From a virus (taxonomy: Duplodnaviria; Caudoviricetes): a DNA stretch of 64,000 bases. This document shows positions 9,540 through 18,567 of the stretch, one piece after another. The notes beneath the pieces were generated by a model, which was not told the origin of the DNA, did not search any database, and was given only the letters and a program-made list of their open reading frames with translations. The translations under genes were made by a program, and so were the position numbers. The stretch spans positions 23,986 through 87,985 of IMG/VR virus record IMGVR_UViG_3300028549_000249; one strand, written 5' to 3'. Position 1 is the stretch's first letter. Every line of letters begins with the position of its first letter.

Positions 9540-10551
9540 AGGCAAACTACGCAAGCTGCTCAGTGAGTTGGGCGTCGAGGTAACTCATAAGAACCGCAAG
9601 GGCTGGCTTCTGTCGAAGTGCCCTTTTGCCGAGTTCACTCATGAGTTCGGGACTGATAGAAATCCGTCCTTCAACATAAAGACGAACGACGAAGGGTATT
9701 CTGGATTCAAGTGCTTCACTTGTAAGCAGAAGGGAAACCTATCAACTCTGATCAATAAGCTCGGTGATTTCCGAGGCAGGGATTACTCGAAGCTGGCGAT
9801 TCGTGCGATGCTCGAAGAGACTCCAGTTGACTTCAAGGACTTTGACGAATCGCGTGAGGAGGCGGCGTGGTCGGATGAGATAAGCTCAATCGACTCTAGC
9901 ATCTATCTGAAGATGTATCCGTCCGTATGGGATGACAAGCGCAGCCGCTCCTACCTAGAAGGGCGCGGGATCTCTCAGCGGACTGTCGATCTACTGGACC
10001 TACGCTTCGACTCAGAGCAACTCCGCGTGCTCTTTCCTGTGTATGGGTATGACCGCGCACTCTATGGGTTCACTGGCCGGACCATCCTCGACAAGGAGGA
10101 TTACCCCTCGCCTAAGTATCCTAAGGTGAAGGACTACGCAGGGCTGAAGAAGGATTCGCTGATCCTAGGGGAACACCTGATAGACCCAAGCAAACCGATC
10201 CTGCTAGTCGAGGGCCTGTTCGCTTTAGCTCACACGATTGAGATTGGCTGCCGTGAGTTTTGCAATCCGGTTGCCAGTATGGGCAGCTTTCTATCAGACC
10301 TACAGCGTGACATCATCGTGGACTATGACCAGTCGGTGTTTGTCCTGTATGACGATGATCTAGCAGGGCACGAAGGTATGTTCGGTGCCATCGAAGATGG
10401 GTATCACAATGGCGAGGGTGCTCTGGAGCATCTGCGTCCTCATGTCCCCACCTTCCAGTGCCTATACCCTGAAGACATTCACGACCCAGACAAACTCAAC
10501 AAAAGTCACGTAAAATCAATGGTCGTAGGTAATCTCAACGAGCAAGTATGA
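9532..10551 (+). CDS. dnaG: DNA primase (zinc-binding domain + TOPRIM)
   Basis: CPF..H..D.NPSF..FKCFTC; LLVEGLF; LYDDDLAG. Confidence 0.85.
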   Translation: MTEGKLRKLLSELGVEVTHKNRKGWLLSKCPFAEFTHEFGTDRNPSFNIKTNDEGYSGFKCFTCKQKGNLSTLINKLGDFRGRDYSKLAIRAMLEETPVDFKDFDESREEAAWSDEISSIDSSIYLKMYPSVWDDKRSRSYLEGRGISQRTVDLLDLRFDSEQLRVLFPVYGYDRALYGFTGRTILDKEDYPSPKYPKVKDYAGLKKDSLILGEHLIDPSKPILLVEGLFALAHTIEIGCREFCNPVASMGSFLSDLQRDIIVDYDQSVFVLYDDDLAGHEGMFGAIEDGYHNGEGALEHLRPHVPTFQCLYPEDIHDPDKLNKSHVKSMVVGNLNEQV

Positions 10552-10697
10552 TTATATGATTGCAAAGGACCCTCCACTATGTATTCTCACTCAGTCTGGG
10601 TTCGCCTTGACGAATTTGACCGTCGGTCAAAACACTCTCCATACGGGGAAAATAGCCCATTACGGGTAAACCAAATAACAAATAATACTACACTACC

Positions 10698-11663
10698 ATG
10701 GCTACTAAACGTAGAGCAATGCAGGCATCTGATGATGCACCACCGCAGTCCAACCGTCGGGTCGATAAGATGTTCGATGAGGAGGACAAGAAGGCCGAAA
10801 AGAAAGCACAGCAAGGCTACATGCCGCTGCGTGTGTGGCAAAAGCGCAAGGAGCAACTTGAGGTGATTGTCCTCGACAGCTCACTTGAGGATGCGTTCGC
10901 AATCCGCGAGCATAACATCCAAGGCAGTGATGGCAACTGGGGCAACTTTGAACGATGCGCTGCCGAGTCAGGCGAAGCATGCGCGTGCTGTAAGAAGTTC
11001 GGTGACACCGCATACGCCGTCCTGTTTCTAACCGTTCTGGTTCTCAAGGAGTGGACCTCCAAGAAGACTAACGAGAAACACGCCTACTCGAAGATGCTTC
11101 TCCCAATGAAGCGCGGACAGTTCAAGACATGGCGTAAGCTGGAGCAAATCGCACTCAAGAAACATGGCACCATGCGTGGCATGTATCTGATCCTTGAGCG
11201 TGAGGATGACCCTCAGTCGGTCGCTACTGGCGTTCCGGTTCCTCTGGACGATGGCACTGCCTTCGACCTCTACGACGAGGATGCCCTTGTCGAGGAGTTC
11301 GGTCACGGCGTGGTCAAAAACCGCGAGGGCAAGGTGATCAAGAAAGAGAACGAGGACATCGAAGTCTTCAACTACAAGAAGCTCTTTCCTGAGCCAGATC
11401 CGGCTGAGTTGCGTCAACGCTACGGCGTTGCGCCTGAGGCTGGTTCAAAGCAGTCTAACGCTGAGGCGTTCAAGGACGATCAAGACGATGATGAAATCCC
11501 TATGGAGCACAAGGCTTCCGAGCCTGCTGAGTCTCCAGGAGTTCGCCGTCGCCTCCGTAAAGCCGAGAGTGCTCCTGAGCCTTCCGGCCCTGTTCGCCGC
11601 CGCAAACGTCAGGAAACTGTCGTAGAGGATGAGTATACCGAGGACGATATTCCTTTTAAGTAA
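10698..11663 (+). CDS. single-stranded DNA-binding protein (gp32/gp2.5-like)
   Basis: H..C....C.CC zinc site, acidic tail ending EDDIPFK; located in replication module. Confidence 0.7.
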   Translation: MATKRRAMQASDDAPPQSNRRVDKMFDEEDKKAEKKAQQGYMPLRVWQKRKEQLEVIVLDSSLEDAFAIREHNIQGSDGNWGNFERCAAESGEACACCKKFGDTAYAVLFLTVLVLKEWTSKKTNEKHAYSKMLLPMKRGQFKTWRKLEQIALKKHGTMRGMYLILEREDDPQSVATGVPVPLDDGTAFDLYDEDALVEEFGHGVVKNREGKVIKKENEDIEVFNYKKLFPEPDPAELRQRYGVAPEAGSKQSNAEAFKDDQDDDEIPMEHKASEPAESPGVRRRLRKAESAPEPSGPVRRRKRQETVVEDEYTEDDIPFK

Positions 11664-11684
11664 ACCGCCTTGGTCCTGAGTAGC

Positions 11685-12146
11685 ATGAAAACTTGTTTCA
11701 AGTGTCAAAATAGCAAACCTCTTTCTGAGTTCTATACTCATAAGCGGATGGTGGACGGCCATTTGAATAAGTGTAAGACATGTACCAAGGCGAACACCAT
11801 GAGGGATAAGGAGCGAAACTCTTCTGATCCCGAGTGGGTTGAAAAGGAATACGCTAGGATGAGGGAGAAGTCGCGCCGTGCTCGTGAAAGCGGAACGGCT
11901 TCTCCTTCTGATCCTCAGGCTTCTGCTAGGTGGCGACAGAGGAACAGGGAGAAGGCTAGGGCACATAACCTAGTTGCAAAGGCTATAGCCTCCGGTGAAC
12001 TGATAGCCGAACCGTGTTGCGTCTGCGGCGAGAAGGCTCAAGCCCACCACGAGGATCATACAAAACCCCTTGAGGTGATCTGGTATTGTGTGACTCATCA
12101 CTCCGCACATCATGTAGGGGTTAGAAAACAACAAAGAAAACAATAA
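11685..12146 (+). CDS. free-standing HNH homing endonuclease with N-terminal zinc finger
   Basis: CFKC..KPLSEFY..CKTC; CCVCG..AQAHHEDH..PLEVIWYCVTHH. Confidence 0.8.
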   Translation: MKTCFKCQNSKPLSEFYTHKRMVDGHLNKCKTCTKANTMRDKERNSSDPEWVEKEYARMREKSRRARESGTASPSDPQASARWRQRNREKARAHNLVAKAIASGELIAEPCCVCGEKAQAHHEDHTKPLEVIWYCVTHHSAHHVGVRKQQRKQ

Positions 12147-12151
12147 GGGCA

Positions 12152-13570
12152 ATGGCAACTATCGATTCACTGGTATGGGTTCGCAGAGATGAAATCAAAG
12201 CGAGCGCATGGCCTATCATTGAGAAGGAGTTGCTCATTGTCCCGAAACCTCGTGCCACCTGCGCTTTCGAGTATGTCGATGGTGTAAAAAAGAAGGTGTG
12301 GCGCGAGGAGGAGACCGGAGGCCCGATTAACACTTTGGTTGAACGTGACGGACTCTACGGAATCCCTATCAACTATGCCATCCATACCTTAGGGCTGGAC
12401 CCTGAAGATGGCACCTCTCTGGGTCAGAAGGCGACTGTGGCGCGTCTTCCCGACCCCCACCACCCATCGGCTCCACCTAATCAGGCAAAGTTCTTCCGAG
12501 ACGTCCTTGAGGGTGTGATGGATTACGACGTAATACTCGCCTGCGCCCCTACCGGATCTGGTAAAACCGTTACCGTCCTGAATGCCGCTGGCACTCTACA
12601 ACGGACCACACTGATCGTGGTCCCTAACACTTTACTTGCAAACCAGTGGGTAAAGGAAATCAAGCTCCACCTTGGCCTTAACCCACGACACATCGGTTAC
12701 ATCGGCGGTGGTCGTGAACAGTGGGAGGGTAGGCGCTACGTGGTGGCAATCATCCACAACCTATTTCAACGGGAGTTCCCCGCTGAGTTTTACCGCTACT
12801 TTGGGTTCGTCGCATGGGATGAAGGCCACACGTTAGGCGCTCCTGAGTTCAGCAAGACGATGACCATGTTCCCCGCACGGTATAAGATTTCAGTCTCAGC
12901 AACTCCGGGACGTAAGGACGGACTCGACACACTGCTCTGGAATTACTTCGGACATCCGCGAGCCGTAGCCACCGCGCCTGCACTCGCCACGACATGCTGG
13001 AGGGTCCCCTTCCCGATCATAGGCGTGCCGAAGTGGATTGAGATGTGCAGGAATGACGTCAAGCCTATGAAGTGGCTGTCGCAGCTAAAGGTTAGAAACG
13101 ATTTACTCGTTCGCACGCTGATCTTCCTCTACAAGCGTGGCTACAGCGTGATTGCGATGTCCAAGTTCATCGACCATGTAGAGGTGATCCAGAAGATGCT
13201 CATAGCCGCTGGGGTCCCCGCTGATCACATTGGACAAATGACCCGCACCCAAGGCAAAAACTCTGTTAAGGTCGGTCAGGCTTACCTCGATTCCATGGTG
13301 GAGCGTCCCATTCTGTTAGGCACTTACTCCATGCTGAAGGTCGGATTCGATGACCCTAAACGCGATGCGGGAGTGGAGTTACTCCCTGTAGGCGACAACA
13401 TTCAAGGCATAGGCCGTGTCCGTCGCCCGTGCGCAGGAAAGAAAAAACCTTTGTGGTTCACCATTGAAGACTTGAACATTCCTTTGTTCGAGAGATACTC
13501 CAAGTCACGCCTCCGTGGATTTGCGGGCGCGAATGTAGAATTGAAAATACTAAAGGAAGGATCGATATGA
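12152..13570 (+). CDS. superfamily II DNA helicase (UvsW-like)
   Basis: APTGSGKT, DEGH, SATP, QGIGRVRR. Confidence 0.9.
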   Translation: MATIDSLVWVRRDEIKASAWPIIEKELLIVPKPRATCAFEYVDGVKKKVWREEETGGPINTLVERDGLYGIPINYAIHTLGLDPEDGTSLGQKATVARLPDPHHPSAPPNQAKFFRDVLEGVMDYDVILACAPTGSGKTVTVLNAAGTLQRTTLIVVPNTLLANQWVKEIKLHLGLNPRHIGYIGGGREQWEGRRYVVAIIHNLFQREFPAEFYRYFGFVAWDEGHTLGAPEFSKTMTMFPARYKISVSATPGRKDGLDTLLWNYFGHPRAVATAPALATTCWRVPFPIIGVPKWIEMCRNDVKPMKWLSQLKVRNDLLVRTLIFLYKRGYSVIAMSKFIDHVEVIQKMLIAAGVPADHIGQMTRTQGKNSVKVGQAYLDSMVERPILLGTYSMLKVGFDDPKRDAGVELLPVGDNIQGIGRVRRPCAGKKKPLWFTIEDLNIPLFERYSKSRLRGFAGANVELKILKEGSI

Positions 13571-14103
13571 ATACGAAACAAGGACGACCACGAGTCTACA
13601 AGACGGATAAGGAGCGCGATGCCGCTCGACGTTTACGCGATGCACAATACCAAAAGGAGTATCTGGCTGTTAGGCGCAAGCGTTACCAAGAGGACCCTGA
13701 ATACCGCAAGTGTGTGATTGAGCGCGAACGTCGCTCCTACCGCAAACGGAATCCAGAGTCGCCTTCCCGTCGTTTCGGAGCGAATGCTGGGAAGGCTAAC
13801 AGCTTTGCCTCGACCTACAGGGTCAAGGGTTCAAGGACCGCAGTCCGCGCCCTCACCATCACTCAGATGGCTGAGTTCCTCGGTGTGACTTCCAAGGTCC
13901 TCAACAACTGGATCTCTTGCAACAGGTTCCCTCGACCCTCGATGCAGGGCGATCCCGAACCAATACGCCTATTCTCCGTTCCCTTGGCTAACGAATTAGC
14001 AAAGCTCATGGCTGACGGCCTGAAGCATCGCTTCTCATTCCGTGAAACGGATACCGATCTCATTGTGAAGCTACACGCAACAAAGAACAGACAGAAAGAA
14101 TAA
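13567..14103 (+). CDS. basic DNA-binding protein with HTH
   Basis: LTITQMAEFLGVTSKVLNNWIS..FPRP excisionase/MerR-like HTH. Confidence 0.65.
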   Translation: MNTKQGRPRVYKTDKERDAARRLRDAQYQKEYLAVRRKRYQEDPEYRKCVIERERRSYRKRNPESPSRRFGANAGKANSFASTYRVKGSRTAVRALTITQMAEFLGVTSKVLNNWISCNRFPRPSMQGDPEPIRLFSVPLANELAKLMADGLKHRFSFRETDTDLIVKLHATKNRQKE

Positions 14104-14109
14104 CCTAAC

Positions 14110-14454
14110 ATGAATCCAATACGCAAACGGGCTCGTGCCACTGGAGCACGGGGCACTATCTCATCGTCTCGAACCGTCAAGAAAGATGGAGAGTCGAAGG
14201 AGAAGGTAACTGAAACCAGCAAGGAAATCACTACTCGACTTCCTGTATCGGACCCCGCCTACGTTCGCGTGGACGGTGGTATCACCAAGAATCTAGGGGA
14301 CTACAACTCAGCCAAGATTGGTGTGTCTGTGTCCCTCCCTTGCCTCCCAGACGAGAAGTCAATTCGTGAGTGCTATGCGAAGGCGTCCGCCCTTGTCGAT
14401 GAGTTCATGGATGAGGAGTATAAGGCAGCAATCGGCGAAACCAGTAAAGACTAA
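14110..14454 (+). CDS. conserved phage hypothetical protein
   Basis: GITKNLGDYNSAKIGVSV motif typical of phage replication regions. Confidence 0.7.
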   Translation: MNPIRKRARATGARGTISSSRTVKKDGESKEKVTETSKEITTRLPVSDPAYVRVDGGITKNLGDYNSAKIGVSVSLPCLPDEKSIRECYAKASALVDEFMDEEYKAAIGETSKD

Positions 14455-14458
14455 CATC

Positions 14459-15727
14459 ATGACTACCAAGCGCAGAAAAGAAATCGAAATACCAGCCGAC
14501 ATCCTTGAGCTAGAAAAGGCTTCAGCTAAATTACACGGGGAAGGGGTGGTGGTTCGCGGAAAGAATAAGAAGCTGGCTAACCATATCCCTACTGGTGTGT
14601 TCATCCTCGATTTTGCCCTCCTAGGAGGTGTGGCTCAGGGATACGTCGCCATGGTTTATGGCTATCACTCGTGCGGGAAGACCACGCGACTCCACGGGAT
14701 CATCTCTGAGTTCCAGAAGAAGCATCCTACTCAGTGGGTCGGTCTCATCGACGCCGAGGGAATGTATGATCCTGTGTGGGCTGAGAAGAATGGAGTCAAC
14801 CCAGACCGCCTTATCGTCTCGCAGCCTGAATACGGCGAGCTTGCTGTGGACGTCTATGAGGACATGCTGTCACGGCCAAGCATCGGCCTGATCATCATCG
14901 ACTCCATTCCTCACGTTGTCCCGATGAAGATCATCGAAAACAGCGCCGAGGATGACACCATGGCCGCGCCTGCTCGTCTCATGGGTAAGTTGTGCTCGAA
15001 GCTCACTATGGGTAATAACAAGGAGCGCAAACTGGGACACTGGGTCACGACCCTGTTAGTCAATCAGTGGCGGATGAAGGTCGGATTCGTGCTGGGGAAT
15101 CCTCAGACGCTTCCCGGAGGCATCCAGCTCAACCACATCCCCACCACCAAGATTGAGTTCAAGAAGAAGAAAACCCACCTAGGCAAGGACCGCTACGGTA
15201 ACGAATGCGCGGTGATGGATGAGTGCTCTTTCAAGCTGGAGAAGGTCAAGCACGGCCAATCACTTCGCTCTGGGGAGTATCAGTTGTATCTAACAGATGA
15301 CAACGAGGATGGGATGCGCGAGGCCCAAGTGGACAACGTGCCTACCGTCGTGGTGTTCGGCAAGAAGATGGGATTCATCACAGGGGGTGGTCAGAGCTGG
15401 AAGCTCCTCACAGAGGATCTCGAAGCCAAGGTCGCCCGTGCCGTCGCTGAGTTGAAGGCGAGAAACCTCAAGAACAAAAAGGAGACCACCGCCGCTGAGC
15501 TGAAGGCTGTAGCTGATGCTGCTAACTGCTTCACCAAGTTCCCCAGCCTCGACGGGATCAAGAAATATCTGTCCTCCGATGAGGAGGAATACCTCACCCT
15601 CGCCCGCTCCCTTATCGCAGCGCAGCGTGTGGCTAAAGGACTACCCGCCCTACCTCCCGATGGTTACTTGTTGGGGATTGGTCGCCTAGTCGAAGCTCCG
15701 CAGGTTGAGAGTATCGTCTCTGAGTGA
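14459..15727 (+). CDS. recA: RecA/UvsX recombinase
   Basis: IPTG...LDFALLGG, GYHSCGKTT, IDAEG, IDSI, LVNQWRMKVG..GNPQTLPGG. Confidence 0.92.
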   Translation: MTTKRRKEIEIPADILELEKASAKLHGEGVVVRGKNKKLANHIPTGVFILDFALLGGVAQGYVAMVYGYHSCGKTTRLHGIISEFQKKHPTQWVGLIDAEGMYDPVWAEKNGVNPDRLIVSQPEYGELAVDVYEDMLSRPSIGLIIIDSIPHVVPMKIIENSAEDDTMAAPARLMGKLCSKLTMGNNKERKLGHWVTTLLVNQWRMKVGFVLGNPQTLPGGIQLNHIPTTKIEFKKKKTHLGKDRYGNECAVMDECSFKLEKVKHGQSLRSGEYQLYLTDDNEDGMREAQVDNVPTVVVFGKKMGFITGGGQSWKLLTEDLEAKVARAVAELKARNLKNKKETTAAELKAVADAANCFTKFPSLDGIKKYLSSDEEEYLTLARSLIAAQRVAKGLPALPPDGYLLGIGRLVEAPQVESIVSE

Positions 15728-16293
15728 CTCACTCCATGGCTGAGATAGAGCTAACGATGGGTGAGTTTTTCCGCTTTGCACAAAACAAACACGAAGACCT
15801 CTGCTCGGTAAAAGGATGTCGAAACAAGCGCAAGCCTGATCGACGTCTTTGCTGTCGGTGTCACATGAAACTGTGGCGGGCCAGAAATCCTATGCGGGCA
15901 GCCTATCACGCTCTGAAACATGGAGCCAAGAGCCGGAAGATTAAGTTCACAATAACATTCGATGACTTCAAAGAAATATGCACGAACACTGGTTATCTAG
16001 CAGGAAGAGGCCAGTCACCCTCCGATCTCCACATGGATAGGATAAACCCTAATAGGGGTTATGAGGTTGACAACCTTCAGGTTCTAACTTGTTCCGAAAA
16101 TTCTAGGAAGGGGGCTACCGAGAGGTGGGTTACTTTGAAGTCAGGGAAGAAGATTCGACTGTGCGACATCCACCTAGGCGTTCCTGCCGTGGTGGATGAA
16201 ATACCGGAAGAGGACGAAGACGATGACCTCCCTATGTGGATGAAGGAGCCAACAAGCAAGCCTAGAGTTCTAACAGATAGTGAGCCGTTTTAG
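15724..16293 (+). CDS. HNH-type endonuclease
   Basis: MDRINPNRGYEVDNLQVLTCSENSRKG; N-terminal CxxxC..CCxCH. Confidence 0.7.
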   Translation: MTHSMAEIELTMGEFFRFAQNKHEDLCSVKGCRNKRKPDRRLCCRCHMKLWRARNPMRAAYHALKHGAKSRKIKFTITFDDFKEICTNTGYLAGRGQSPSDLHMDRINPNRGYEVDNLQVLTCSENSRKGATERWVTLKSGKKIRLCDIHLGVPAVVDEIPEEDEDDDLPMWMKEPTSKPRVLTDSEPF

Positions 16294-16294
16294 T

Positions 16295-16645
16295 ATGAAA
16301 GAACCAAAGAGACTCAAAGGCATGCACTCGGTCAGCCATGCGCGTTCCCGAAACCAAGAGCGTGCTCTAGCCAAAGCAGCTAACGGGCGTATCACCCGTG
16401 GTTCCGGTAATGGGTTCGAGAAGGGTGACGTCAGGGTGAAGGGTGTCTGTAGGATCGAAGCGAAGACCACTCAACACAAATCGTTCTCTGTCACCCGTGA
16501 GATGATCGACAAAATTGAACAGGCAGCAATATCCGCTGGCGAGCTTCCCGTGATCGTGGTTGAATTTATAGACGCGAAAGGAAAGCCAGAGGCTTCCGCC
16601 GTAGTGATGCCAGCGTGGGCGTTAGATTTAATAACACAAAAATGA
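16295..16645 (+). CDS. PD-(D/E)XK nuclease, Hjc-like Holliday junction resolvase
   Basis: QER, GSG...KGDV, IEAKTT. Confidence 0.75.
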   Translation: MKEPKRLKGMHSVSHARSRNQERALAKAANGRITRGSGNGFEKGDVRVKGVCRIEAKTTQHKSFSVTREMIDKIEQAAISAGELPVIVVEFIDAKGKPEASAVVMPAWALDLITQK

Positions 16646-17598
16646 AACTGCTAAGAAATCTCCAAGCTCAGGTCGCAGGTAAGTCGCGGCGAGCCAAGGC
16701 AAGAGGCGAGAAGGTAGAATCCGCTCCGGTTATCGACAACTACGTCGAGGACGGGTTCGTCACTCGTGAAGTCTGGAAGGCCGACTGTAAAGCAGAGAAG
16801 TCCCGTGGCGGCACCGGATACACTCACGGCTCCTCCCTCATTAACATGTGCGCAAGAAAGCACGCTCTGATGGCGCTGTTAGGTTCAGGCTATAAGCCCG
16901 TCCGCTCGGCAGACCGACTGCTCTGGGCCATCGGCAGGGCGGTTGAGAAGCACATCCGCACGGCCTTCATCGGTCAGGTCAAAGGTGCTGGAGTGATAGG
17001 CGTGTGGTCCTGTCGGTGTGGAAAGACCACTGATACGGGTTTTTGTCCGTCGGTCAAAATTAAGTGCTCGTGCTGCGGGCTGAAGCTGTCGAGCTATGGG
17101 GAGCTTACTGTGTTCGACCACGAGAATCGCATCGTGGGAAACCCCGACCTGCTCTACGCTAGGCCAGATACTAACAAGGTGCGCGTGAATGAAATCAAGT
17201 CGATGAACAAGAAGGACTTCGACTCTCTTACCACACCCAAAGGGGACCATGTATGGCAGGGTCTCATCTATCGGAGGCTGCTTGAAATCAACGATGTTGA
17301 CGTTGATGATTCAGTTGCGATCATCTACGGATGCAAGGACTACTCATTCAAAGGATCACCCTACAAGGAGTATACCGTCAAGGTAACCAAGCAGCACGAG
17401 GAGAACCTTGATAGGATGTGGGAGAAGGCGGGAGTGGTCGCTGAGTTTGTGGCTGCACTCAAACTCGGTGAAGAGACCAAAGAGATGTCGAAGCACCAGA
17501 AGCCGCTCCCTTCCCGCATACCTCAATGCTCCGCCGCTACCACAACCACAGCCAAGGGGTGCGATCAATGCTCCGCCTGCTTCTCACTAAAACAATGA
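16642..17598 (+). CDS. Cas4-like exonuclease (PD-(D/E)XK, predicted Fe-S)
   Basis: N-terminal CARK, GNPD, NEIKS, WQGLIY, C-terminal Cys cluster; inserted CxC..CxxC. Confidence 0.75.
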   Translation: MKLLRNLQAQVAGKSRRAKARGEKVESAPVIDNYVEDGFVTREVWKADCKAEKSRGGTGYTHGSSLINMCARKHALMALLGSGYKPVRSADRLLWAIGRAVEKHIRTAFIGQVKGAGVIGVWSCRCGKTTDTGFCPSVKIKCSCCGLKLSSYGELTVFDHENRIVGNPDLLYARPDTNKVRVNEIKSMNKKDFDSLTTPKGDHVWQGLIYRRLLEINDVDVDDSVAIIYGCKDYSFKGSPYKEYTVKVTKQHEENLDRMWEKAGVVAEFVAALKLGEETKEMSKHQKPLPSRIPQCSAATTTTAKGCDQCSACFSLKQ

Positions 17599-18185
17599 AC
17601 ACCATACTCGCATTCGACCAGTCGCTTACTTCCACCGGAGTGTGCGTGCTTGCTAACAATTATAGGATGTCTGATACCTTGACTCCGAAAGACCTGAAGG
17701 GAATCCCTAGACTATCGTGGTTCTCGAATCAGGTAAGGTTGCTTCTCGAACAGACCAAGCCGGTAGCCGTTGTCATGGAGGGTTACTCGTTCGGTTCCAA
17801 GTTCTCTCAGCCACACTCACTGGGCGAACTTGGAGGGGTGATTAAGCTGGTGATCAATGACTGGGCGGAGTCTAGCCCATCGACTGCATTCTACCTCATC
17901 CCTCCTACCACACTGAAGAAATTCGTTTCGGGGAAGGGCACCTCGAAGAAGCAGGAAGTCCTGATGCACATCTACAAGAGATGGGGGATTGAGTTTTCAG
18001 ATGACAACAAGGCGGACGCCTTCGCCCTCGCACTCGCTGGCTGGTGCCTATACTACGGAATGTTGCCAGATCCGTTCGGCTCGACTCTCAACAAAGAGAT
18101 GGCTGCATGCTTACCCGTAGGGCTATACGAGCCTTTAGTGGTCCCCTCAACGCCCGTGAGGAGGAGGTCACGAAAAGCACTCTAA
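17595..18185 (+). CDS. ruvC: RuvC-like Holliday junction resolvase
   Basis: ILAFDQSLTSTG, VMEGY, PTTLKKFVSGKG..KK, DNKADAFA. Confidence 0.9.
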   Translation: MNTILAFDQSLTSTGVCVLANNYRMSDTLTPKDLKGIPRLSWFSNQVRLLLEQTKPVAVVMEGYSFGSKFSQPHSLGELGGVIKLVINDWAESSPSTAFYLIPPTTLKKFVSGKGTSKKQEVLMHIYKRWGIEFSDDNKADAFALALAGWCLYYGMLPDPFGSTLNKEMAACLPVGLYEPLVVPSTPVRRRSRKAL

Positions 18186-18290
18186 CAGATGCAAATTATA
18201 TGCAACAACGATTTCTGTTAGACCAAACCCCCTAAACCGTCAAATTCTACCCGTGGAACTGAAAACCCACATGTTCCACGAAAATCGATA

Positions 18291-18405
18291 CCCCTAGATT
18301 GCTCTAGGATTGCTCAGGCCGCATCGACCCCTCTGTCTGGGATGGGTTGTCGGAATTTGAAAACAAAACGATCCTGGACGAAATCGACTTTTTGTTAGAC
18401 TAACA
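18291..18405. repeat. diverged copy of the 132-bp pre-promoter element
   Basis: CCTAGATTGC..GGAT, CGGAA, CGATCCTGGAC.AAATCGACT; ends in palindrome TGTTAG-A-CTAACA (18393-18405). Confidence 0.7.
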
Positions 18406-18567
18406 GACAATCATGACCTTTTCCTGTTAGAAGAAATTTGACCGTCGGTCAAATAATTGAAAATAATCCTTGCAAAGGTTCCCGCGCTACGTTATCAATT
18501 TTCCCGTCGGTGGTCCCGTTCCCATCACACCAATCAGAAGAGCGGAAATCATAAAACAAACACTACC

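Noticed and set aside
16642-17598. CRISPR-Cas locus
   Set aside because: Solo Cas4-like nuclease in a replication operon; no repeat-spacer array or other cas genes seen
18272-18287. parS site (TGTTCCACG...)
   Set aside because: Only half of the TGTTNCACGTGAAACA consensus; better explained as one arm of a local inverted repeat
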